Source: Amphiscolops sp. MND2022 (Eukaryota). From it: DNA of 64,000 bases. This document shows positions 13,204 through 23,017 of the stretch, piece after piece. The stretch is taken from assembly GCA_964187785.1 (NCBI GenBank), contig OZ076409.1, forward strand, positions 7,938,001-8,002,000. Reading direction: 5' to 3'. The first letter of the stretch is position 1; each line of letters opens with the position of its first letter. Position numbers and translations under genes: made by a program. The notes below the pieces were generated by a model. The model worked only from the letters and a program-made list of their open reading frames with translations. It searched no databases and was not told where the DNA came from.

Positions 13204-14091
13204 GGTATCAGGACATTTCATCCTATGCAATTTCAACCGTTACTATTTCACCCGCTCATAATTTCAACCTTTCGCAATTTCAACGTTTTGCATTTTCAAC
13301 CTTTTGCATTTTCAACCTTTTGCATTTTCAACGTTTCGCAATTTCCACCTAAATAAAGTTCGACTTATATATCATAATTAGTTATATAATTATTTTAGGT
13401 GGTTTTCGTTTTTATAGATTTCAGAGTTCAATCGTTTTAATTTTTACGCCAGGTTGGATACGTTTTGGCTTCTTCATGAATAATTACCAATTACTAAAGC
13501 TGTTTGATTTATTACTAACTATTGTACTGAAATAATGACTTTACCGAATTGGGATCGATTAGCCAAAAATAGTTTAGGTCGAAATTGCGGAAAGTTGAAA
13601 ATGCAATAGGTTGAAATTGTGAGCGGTTGAAATAGCATATATTGAAATTTTGGTGTCCGGACATTACGCCCAAAGACATTACGCCCAAGGACATTACGCC
13701 CAAGGACATTACGCCCAAAGCGGACATTACGCCCAAATGTAAATTACGCACAAAGAAATTACGATAATGTAATCAGCTATGCTCACATACCCCTAGTGCC
13801 CTAAATGCAGGCGCGAAGCGAAGCGGAGCGACGTGCCAATATGGCCATGCCTCAATGTTGCTACTTGGCGAAGGGAGCGAAGCGACCGAGCCATACAACA
13901 AACATGCTAACCTCTTCAAATAATAACCTGAAAAAAATCGCTGCTATTCTCTTTGAATAGCCTAATTTCCTTGGGCGTAATTTCCGTTTGGGCGTAATTT
14001 CCTTGGGCGTAATGTCCTTGGGCGTAATGTCTTTGGGCGTAATGTCCTAGAACCATTGAAATTGCATAGGACGAAATGACGTCATGTAACC
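13204..14091. mobile_element. Foldback-like element with ATTTCAACC-unit arms and a nested insertion
   Basis: Left end GGTATCAGGACATTTCATCCTATGCAATTTCAA is matched by the inverse TTGAAATTGCATAGGACGAAATG at ~14056-14078; the right arm is split by the 13650-14054 element. Confidence 0.75.
13650..14054. mobile_element. Foldback/Mutator-like MITE with GGACATTACGCCCAA-unit arms
   Basis: Tandem 15-bp units at 13659-13740 and inverse units at 13970-14048; ATTGAAATT duplicated at 13641-13649 and 14055-14063. Confidence 0.8.
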
Positions 14092-15702
14092 GATGATCAC
14101 ACTTTGATAGAACCAACAAAAGCTTCTCACTTTTTAAGCACTCAATTTATCAGTTACCTTCCATACAAAATGCAAATGATATCACGGAGCGTCTGATTTT
14201 AGATTTGATTTCAAATCGGTCAAGATCAATGACAGCTTCAGTTACTTCATTACCATGTTTCCCCTCTGATTTACCATCGTATGAATAAACTATCTCTTTC
14301 TCTACTTCATATCCATATTTTCTCTCGGTTCTGAAATAATCCATTTTGCAAGAGTGTAAAAATTCACGGATGCAGAACTTTAACATGCCATTTTCTTTGG
14401 TTGGCATACAGTTAGAAGAAATAATTAGAGGAAGTATTTCAAAACTGTGACATCAAGAAGTCAAGAGATAATCCATAGAATGAATACAAATGTATATAGA
14501 CAACTTCTAACAGTAGATACTTTATTCACAACGTTAATTCCACCACAGTAAATTCAATAAAGTTTCTGTACTGAAAGTTAGTTTAACATAGTCAACGGCG
14601 CTTCTGTTTTTTGAGAAAAAAATCATCACTTTGTTTTTGATTTTGCATTTTAAAGAACGTCAAATGTGGTAACCAAATACGTATTAACCTGGCTAATTGA
14701 GAATCTTGACTTTTTATCGCCTGAAGGACCCAAACGGAAACCAAGAGGACCCTGCGTACTGTAGTTTAGTAAAAGTGTAAACTTCTCAATGGGGTACCTC
14801 TCAGCACCTATGAATGCTCCTAAGATCTCAAACTAGAATCGGTAAAAAATAGATGTTTCCATCTGATCGCTATTGCTGAAAACTTTTTCGGAATGGCCCA
14901 AGTCGGCGCCTTATCTAAAGCTCAAAAATAGCAAAAGGACTTCAAAGTGTCAAGTATTCGGTTCTACAGTACCCGAAAAACCCAAAAGTTGGACCGAATT
15001 GGCGCGCCCTTTTGAATTTGTAACATCCATTCTGTTGCAAAATATCATAAAAATTGAAGCGGGACCCTTTGAAGAAAATTTTCAAACAAAGTCTCAAAAT
15101 GCCAAAACAACTGAAAAGGGGGTATTTTTTCTGAAAAATTGCGATTTTTTAATATCCATTTTGTTGCAAAATATCAAAAACATTGAAGCGGGGACCTTTT
15201 GCAGACATGTAAAAAAGTGTACCCGAGGACGTGGTTCTAGTATCACTTGTTGGAAAAAGATTTTTTGAAAATCCAAAATGTTCTGTAAAACTTGAAACCT
15301 GACCCTAAAGCTTTACATTGGACGGAAATTATGTGAAATTTTGGGTAAAACGATCGATAACGTTATACGAGAAATGAAAGCGTTATATCCGAACTTTGAA
15401 AATGTTACATTAAAACTTTGAAAACGTTTGTCCAAAATTATGCACCTTTTAGATGTTATGTAAGTTCTGAGAAAGATCTCTGCAAGATGAACAAAATGAA
15501 CAAAACTGATAGAAATTGATGAAAGCCGTCACTTTGTCGGTCTTAAAAAAAACGAGAAACGTTTTATTCTGTATACGTTATATCCTGAATTCGTTATATC
15601 CGGTTTGCGTTAAATCCGGTATGGGTTTTGTAAGTAAATCCGAATGATTCAATTCGGGATGTAAACGTATTACATGGAGAAAGAACTACATCTGTGTTTC
15701 AG

Positions 15703-15814
15703 GAAGAAAGTAGACCCGGAGAGGAAGCATCGGCTGATGAGTCTGACTAACACGACAGATGAAACGACTCTGGTCGCATCCACCACCCTGTCCCTAGAGA
15801 CTCAGCAGGCAGCA
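15703..15814 (+). CDS. Probable second exon of the MGC-start gene (KKVDPERKHRLMSLTNTTDETTLVASTTLSLETQQAA)
   Basis: TGTTTCAG acceptor whose phase matches the donor at 390; open and GC-richer. 3' end uncertain: GC donor after 15808, GT donor after 15814, or stop at 15824-15826. Confidence 0.45.
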
Positions 15815-15856
15815 GTGCTCAATTGAATCTTGAACAAGACGAGAACGAACAAGACG

Positions 15857-17683
15857 AGCCACAATTTGTCCGAAAATCTAAAAAGCGACAATTCGTTCCA
15901 AGCGACAATTCGTTCGAAGCGACAATTCGTTCCAAGCGACAATTCGTTCCAAGAGACAATTCGTTCCAAGCGACAATTCGTTCCAAGCGACAATTCGTTC
16001 CAAGCGACAATTCGTTCCAAGCAACAATTCGTTCCAAGCGACAATTCGTTCCAAGCGACAATTCGTTCCAAGCGACAATTTGTCGCAAAATTCAAAAAGC
16101 GACAATTCGTCGCAAAATTCAAAAAGCGACAATTCGTCCCAAAATCTAAAAAACAACAATTCGTCCCAAACTGCAAAAAGCGACAATCAGTCCCAAATTT
16201 AAAAAAACGACAATTCGTCCCAAATTCCAGAAAGCGACAATTCGTCCCCAATTCTAAACAGCGACAATTCGACCAAAATCATTTGATTGCTCAGCTAAAT
16301 CATTTGAAAGATTGTAATCAAAGAATTGAACAAATGAACTAGGATGAATGCATTTAGGCATTAATTTGCAATTAATTTAAGCCCTCCCGTACTGACAACC
16401 CATGGTAACCCACCACTGGCCATCGGTGGACCACCATTACGACGCATAACCCTACACTTTTTGTGCGGCTCAAAGTTGAGCCTATTGAGCAGTGGAATCC
16501 TAGGCCAAGCTTTTAACATGCAAACCGCAAAGTACGGAATCCGCTGCGCGGAATTCAGAGACTAATACCGCAGTGTTTAAATTCTCGAAACTGCGGAATC
16601 CGGGGCCGTGACAGCGGAATCCGGGGCAGTGACAGCGGATTCCGCAGACTAATGCATGCTAGTTTTAAATTGTTTATTTTGTGAAGCGGATTCCGCTGCA
16701 GATGTTATAAAGCTTGTCGTTGAATTCCAGGTCCGCTGTAGCAGTACATCCTGTTAGCAGTCGATTCCGCTCTTTTCAAAAAGTGTAGGGTTGTGCGTCG
16801 TAATGCCGGTGACAACCGGCGGAGGCAATTTTGGACAATCAGTCACTATTTCAACCGGTGGTCTCTGGTGGATTTTTTTTCGAAAAATGAATAGCGAATT
16901 ATGGAAAATTATTGAAAATTATCATTTCATTATGGAATCCGAAGGTTATATTTTCAGAAGTTTACTTCTGCACTCAAAAATGCGATGTAGGCAATGCTGC
17001 AAAACAAATATAGCTAAGGCAAAACAAACAAATTACAAAAGCTGATAGCGCAGTGGTAAATGCGGGAGTGTCAACAAAATTAATACAGGTTCGTGTCACG
17101 ATTTTTGCAATATTTTGTATACAACATGAAAATTTTCTACCACCGGTGGTCCACCCCAGGAAACCACAAAATGTGTCATGGCCACCGCGGTGGCCACTGG
17201 TGGGGCTGCGATGGGAAGTGCGGTGGCCACCGGTGGGTTCGAATTGTTGATTCATTTTGTCTGGGATCAAAAATGGTAAAACCTTCATCACTATTACACC
17301 ATACCCAGAATGCCCTAAATTCAGAAGGGAAGTAAAGCTACGTGACCCGCGGCAGGTTTTGACGAGTGTCACGGAGAGGCACAAACCGCCCCGGAAGGTG
17401 AAAGGCCGAGTAAGTTTCATTTCTGGTTTCTAAATTTATAATGAAAATATCCTTTTCGATCCTGTATAATTCAATTGTAAATAATTTGTTGCATTTTTTT
17501 ATTCTAAACCATTTGGCTCTGGAGAGGCAACTCGTTATCATAAAGGTAATTTATTTCCGGATACATTATTGCAAAATATTAACTGACAACTAATTTGGGG
17601 ACGAATTATAGCTTTCAATCACTGGGACGAATTGTCGCTTTTTCAACATGGGGCGATTTGACGCTTGGGACGAGTTGTCGCTT
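15857..17683. mobile_element. Foldback-like element with 17-bp AAGCGACAATTCGTTCC tandem arm and nested inserts
   Basis: More than 20 units at 15860-16270; inverse GGGACGAATTGTCGCTT units at 17595-17683; same unit family at 55640-56195. Confidence 0.75.
16435..16805. mobile_element. MITE with 29-bp TIRs
   Basis: CATTACGACGCATAACCCTACACTTTTTG (16435-16463) matches the inverse at 16777-16805 with 1 mismatch; internal GCGGAATCC/GGATTCCGC repeats. Confidence 0.75.
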
Positions 17684-17687
17684 TACA

Positions 17688-18125
17688 GAACGTCTCAAGT
17701 CGGCGCCCCGCTTAAGGCTCAAAAACGCATAGTTTTTAAACACCCATGGCTTTTTCAAAGTAAAATCACATAGAAGTGGTTTCTTTTACCTTTTGTCTAA
17801 CTAAAAACATTGGAAAATAGCAAAATTGTGGAAAGTTTTTTTATTTTTTTCCAAAAAAGTGGCACTGTCGAAAAACTTGAAAGGAGACCCTTTTCGATTA
17901 GAGTTTTGAGAAATCGCACAGCACCGGAAAAAATCCTGAGGGGACTCTTTGGTCCCAAATAGATTCGAGGATACGGTAAGTACTTTGAAAACCTCAAAAG
18001 GACTAGCCTTCAGTTTCCTTGTGACCCCTTTTGGATTTAGACGCAAAGTCTGTAAAATGTGAACTATTCAGTGTGAGGTCTGTGCTCTCTTTGTAAAAGT
18101 CTTTTTGTTAAAAAAAGCGCCGACA
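17688..18125 (+). mobile_element. Helentron/DINE-like non-autonomous repeat copy
   Basis: Starts GAACGTCTCAAGTCGGCGCC...AGGCTCAAAAA like the copies at ~14890, 50340-50405 and 50820-50895; ends with AAAAAAAGCGCCGAC, the inverse of the start motif. Confidence 0.45.
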
Positions 18126-18590
18126 AAAAATGCTCAAAATTCCGAAAATAAAATTCGGTTTTTGCAGTTGATTTTACAGTAATTGGCAATGAACATAGTC
18201 GTGACAAAACTCCGTTTCAAAGATTTCAAAATGTTCCGCTTTTCAAAATTTTGACTACTTATTAGTACAAAAATCTTTTGTACTTTTTAGGACAGTCGAA
18301 TCAAATCAATAGTCTCTAACTATCACTTGAAGTTTGAATTGCACCTTCTAAAAGCTTTAGAATCCAAAAACTGATTTTTACATTTTCTTGGTACCATAAT
18401 AAACTTTTTTAGAAACTCTTTGCCCATACATACGCAGCATTCGTGGGGTGGTTTTTAGTCGGATCTTCAACCCTAACTGGACGAGGAATCTAGCGAAAAA
18501 TCTGGTGCTTCAACATTAAGTTGGAAAATTTCCACACTGGTTCCGAACTTTGCGTCAAAACCTTGCACTCATTAATTCATTCAAAGGATC

Positions 18591-19008
18591 GGCTCTTTTC
18601 TACAAATCCCCTCCCCCCCCACCACCAAAATGTTTTTTGGAAAATTAGTGAAAATATTATTTGAAAAAGGCTTAAATACAAACCAGAAAGCTTCAAGTTT
18701 AAATTTATTCTTAGTGTGACAGTTTAGGATTCAGATACAAACTTTGTTCACACTTTTTCCCTATGTAGTCACGCATTTTTGATGAAGAAATCAACAGCTT
18801 CCTGTTTTGAGTCATCAATAAACATTTAATACGAACATAAGTATAGTCAAAATGTGTGAACAATGTTTTGTTCAAGCAAAAAACTATTCCAATAGACGTT
18901 AACTTCCCGTTATGAAAGAAGGTTTTACTTTTAATTAGGCTAGTATAATATTTTTAAGGAAATTTACTTCCAAAAATTTTGGTGGTAGGGGGAAAACAGA
19001 AAAGAGCC
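18591..19008. mobile_element. Merlin-like MITE
   Basis: TIR GGCTCTTTTCT...AGAAAAGAGCC; exact 8-bp TSD AAAGGATC (18583-18590, 19009-19016); relatives at ~35970-36495, ~62685-62967 and 63317-63737. Confidence 0.85.
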
Positions 19009-19103
19009 AAAGGATCAAATGAGATGATGAGGATCATTGATTTGTAGAATGACTCATTCAAATCATCTCTTGAGCACTGCTACCATCAATGATCAACAAA
19101 CAG

Positions 19104-19193
19104 GGCGAGAAGAAAGCGTCCAAGTTTCTGAACGAGGACCAGAATTTTAAGGTCATCCAGAAGGAGCTGTACGAGAAACGTCACAAGCCATGA
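19104..19193 (+). CDS. Probable terminal exon (GEKKASKFLNEDQNFKVIQKELYEKRHKP*)
   Basis: Strong GC3 bias, preceded by CAAACAG (phase-0 acceptor), ends at TGA 19191-19193; linkage to the upstream exons is inferred. Confidence 0.4.
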   Translation, partial: GEKKASKFLNEDQNFKVIQKELYEKRHKP

Positions 19194-21538
19194 CGTCATC
19201 GCTCAATCTAGCTGCATTAAAGCCAAATTCGGACTCTCAGTTTTTCACAAACTCATTCGGTTTTCAATTTGGGGCGGATTGACCAGTAGCCAAACATGCT
19301 TATTTGTGAAAAATTTAAAGTTTTCAGAAGTTGCGTTAGTTTTTGCCCGATTTTATCTAAATAACCTTCCCATCGAAGGCTAAAATGGGGAACTTCAAAT
19401 TGTCGAAATAAGCGTCGAATATTCAAAGCGTCGAAAGCGGTTTACACGCTGTCACGTGACCAATGAGCCAATCAAGTTCCAGTAAACTACAGCAAAAGAG
19501 CGTTCGACCTATTGAATAATCTTCGATTTCAATAGTCACCGGCTAAAATTTACGGAGTTAGAATTTTCCGAGGAATTTGTGACTGATATATTTTAATTGA
19601 CTCCTATTTTTACTGAACAGTTCAATCGAACTAAGTTAAATATTCTCGACGCCATTTGGTATGATTGTTTTACTCTGGTCAATCCTGGGGTTAAAATTCT
19701 ACCATCCAGAATACAGCACCCTTATAAAAGTAAAAGAGTCATTGTTTATGAAATGCACATACAAATTTCTGTTTTGCGAGTAAATTTTGCAAAAATTGGT
19801 TTTACTGTCAAAATTTATGATGATTCGCTTGAGTTGAGAGCTTTTAGAGAATCATTTGTGAAGAATTTCCCAGAAACTTGTCATTCCTGAAGAAACTGGA
19901 AAACGGAAAAAACATGTTCTAAATTAAAAATTTTAATCCACTGGGAATTTGAAAACCTATTCGTGCGTAAATGCAGAGCCCCGCACTAAACCAAAATTTT
20001 TTATGCTTCCACAAAAATAGGGTCCCCTTTGGGGGTTTTCTCCGAACCATGTGACTTTTTTTCCGACTTTTCTTAAGCGAAGGCGCCTTTTTGTTTTTAG
20101 CACGAACAAAGTGTTTTACGAGAACAGAGGCCCCTTATAAAATAACTATAGATTTGCCGAAGTTTCTCTATAAATCGTTTTATGTTTATAAGAAGGAAAC
20201 CCAATATTGTATTGTTTTCCAATTTTTTAAAGGCCAAATTCGTACTGAATTCCAACAAGATTCGACACAAAAAATAAGTAGCAAAAGATTAAAAGCGTAC
20301 ATATCAGACAGCTAAATGAACATGCATTAAGCACCAATTAGTAAACAGTGACTTTTTGAACGAAGAACTAGCTAGGCTTTTTTCAAGGTTGTTTCAAGAA
20401 GACAATGAATAATTTTGCTATTTTACGAGTATAATAGAAATATCAAATTTCGGTGACATCGGGAATCGAACCCGATCGAACGCTTTTTGCAATTTTACTA
20501 TATGAACGGAATAATCCACTAAGTTATTACATCTCTTGAAATGAACTGGTTTTATTTGGCTTTTAATCTTATTGATCAACTAATTGCTTGTCAACACCTT
20601 AGGATTTCTCAGAACTGTTTTTATTGGAATTTACGATTTTTTTGGTCTTTGAAGCTCGATGGTTTAAAAGTGAATCGTTTTTCGAGTCCTCAGTGAAACA
20701 TCTTCGGTTAAGGGTAACCTCGGTGGGACTGACGGAAGTTTTCGCAGATCTCATTTTTCGGCTTTTTTCTGCTCTGTGCATTTTTTGGATTGTTTTTCAC
20801 TTGAAGATCGCTACTTCGGTTTTGTGAAGTTTTTATTCTAGAAAACATGTTTTTAAGCCTAAAGAGTATATAAATTTGGGTTTGTGTGATAAGTTCAGTG
20901 AAGAAAAGTTTATGATAGAAACGTTCAGACATTTTTAAACGTTTTGAGTCATTCATTTGTCTTATTATCAACAAAATTCAAAATAATCAATTCATTTTGT
21001 AGCTTTTTTAACAGGGTACTTTGAGTTTTGCAATGTGCTGAAAAAAGTATTTTCAAGTTTTTGAATATGCTGAAAATGAAAACTTCAACTCCATTGTTGA
21101 AATCATATTAATTCCGAAAAAGGACTAAATTGATCTCAAATTAAAATGCCTCTTCTAATTCATCTATCTTCTAGAGTATAGAATTAAAATAGATTTTCTT
21201 TCCAAAAATAGCTATCTAAAACTGATAGGTATTTCATAAATCAGAGCCAACATAACCTAAGACGGACCTAAAACGGATGCCATTTGTGAATCTTGAGCGA
21301 ACTCAAAAAATTGTCGCAAAGTATCAAAGAGAAACCCGAACATTGTCTCCTCTGCATTTGAAAGCGAAAAGGTTTTAGTCCACGACGGGATCTGAACCCA
21401 AATAAACTTGCTTTCAGCGCCAAAAAAGGTTGACATCCGCGGTAATTGCTTGCTCATGTGGAATGTACTTTCATTTTTATAAATTCAGTAGATCCAGGCA
21501 TACTCTGTTGTGGTAGAAAAAAGTTCAAAAGAATCAAC

Positions 21539-21759
21539 TGTGACACAAGCATCAAAAATGTGTCAATCCAACAAGTGTCAATGATAAACCTTGGCGAATA
21601 ACATGACACAAAACTACCTGCCAATGATCTTACGTTCTGAAGTCATGTAGTTACATATAGATACAAGTTGAAGATAAAGTACAGTCGTTTGATACAGCTT
21701 TGTTACTTTGAACCATTCCAATTTTAATACATTCTTTGAACTTTTCCTGACTTACTTTA
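21539..21759 (+). repeat. 5' LTR
   Basis: Identical to 27265-27485 on base-by-base reading. Confidence 0.97.
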
Positions 21760-21773
21760 TGGCGCAGTCAGCA
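21760..21773 (+). other. Primer-binding site, tRNA-Ser-like
   Basis: TGGCGCAGTCAGCA immediately after the LTR, complementary to a ...GACTGCGCCA tRNA end. Confidence 0.75.
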
Positions 21774-21787
21774 ATCTGATCAAAACA

Positions 21788-23017
21788 ATGGAAAACAACA
21801 ACACCAATCCGAACCTAAATGAAGGTGAGCCGAATATATCGGAACGATCATCCAGAACGAACAACACTACAACATCGTCAGAACGGATGGAGAAAACCAA
21901 ATACAAAATTCCCATACTATCAGACAGGGAAACAGACCTCACCAAAATCAATCCCAAAATGTGGTGGGAGCAGATTTCGGAATACATCCATTTGACATAT
22001 AACCGAAATCTAGAAGAAATCATCGATGAAGGGACAGAATACATGGATCCCCACACAGTCTACCACATTAAAGGTGATGTTATCTGGGCACTTGGCCCAA
22101 AAGCCAAACATGAAATCATGAGAGGTCAATGGGGCCGTGAACTGAAAGAAGTGAATCTTTCCGAACTACTAACCCTGTTCAAGAAAACTTTCCTCCCTGC
22201 AAGAAATATATTTCATAGCCGGGCACAGTTCTTTAACATGAAGCAAGAAGACAATGAAACACTCGATGAATACTGGAAGAGACTCGTAGACATCGAGAGA
22301 AAGTGCGACTTCGGCAACATCACAGCAGAGGAAATCATTACATACAAATTCGCATCAACAATAAAAGACAAAAAGGCCCGTGATAAATTCATAAGAGGCC
22401 CCCTGAAATTACAACTCGTCCTCGACACGATAGAACTTGACAACTACAACCGAAAATACGGGGACAAGAGGCCGAAAAGCAAAAAAGCCCGGAAAGATTC
22501 ATCAAACAGCTCAACATCCACCGAATTGATCGGCCATACCAACCAGTCACGGAAACGCAAAACAAATTTTACCGAGAAAAAGAAATTTCCAAACCGGGAT
22601 TGCCGCTTTTGTGGAAAACCAAACTGGTCAATGGAACATATCTGTCCGGCACGGAAGGCTCAATGCAACAATTGCAAAAAGATGGGACACTTTGCCAAAG
22701 TATGCAAATCCAAGACCGTCAGCCGGATAAAAGAAACGGCTTCATCGGACAGCAGTACCGAACCATGGCCGGAGATTGACCATATTCAGTCCGTCAACGG
22801 TGTGAACCGCATTGACTTTTACAAAGCAATCCTATTGGTCCATGGCCAACCAATAGAATTTATCATTGATACAGGCTCACCCGTGACCATCATACCTCCA
22901 ATTATCACACCAAAAGACATAAAGAAAACGACAAAAACTTTTGTCGACGTGAATAAAAACCCCATCAAATTCAAGGGCGAGGCCATGGTCGAAGTGAAAA
23001 CGGAAAAAAGCAAATAG
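21788..23017 (+). CDS. gag: Gag plus N-terminal half of the aspartic protease
   Basis: Capsid-like FFNMKQEDNETLDEYWKRL; tandem knuckles CRFCG...HIC and CNNCKKMGHFAKVC; protease IDTGS; ends at an in-frame TAG. Confidence 0.95.
   Translation: MENNNTNPNLNEGEPNISERSSRTNNTTTSSERMEKTKYKIPILSDRETDLTKINPKMWWEQISEYIHLTYNRNLEEIIDEGTEYMDPHTVYHIKGDVIWALGPKAKHEIMRGQWGRELKEVNLSELLTLFKKTFLPARNIFHSRAQFFNMKQEDNETLDEYWKRLVDIERKCDFGNITAEEIITYKFASTIKDKKARDKFIRGPLKLQLVLDTIELDNYNRKYGDKRPKSKKARKDSSNSSTSTELIGHTNQSRKRKTNFTEKKKFPNRDCRFCGKPNWSMEHICPARKAQCNNCKKMGHFAKVCKSKTVSRIKETASSDSSTEPWPEIDHIQSVNGVNRIDFYKAILLVHGQPIEFIIDTGSPVTIIPPIITPKDIKKTTKTFVDVNKNPIKFKGEAMVEVKTEKSK

Noticed and set aside
15802..16342. Five overlapping repetitive ORFs and a CRISPR-like look
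   Set aside because: Products of a 17-bp tandem unit with no unique spacers and no cas genes; it is a foldback arm.
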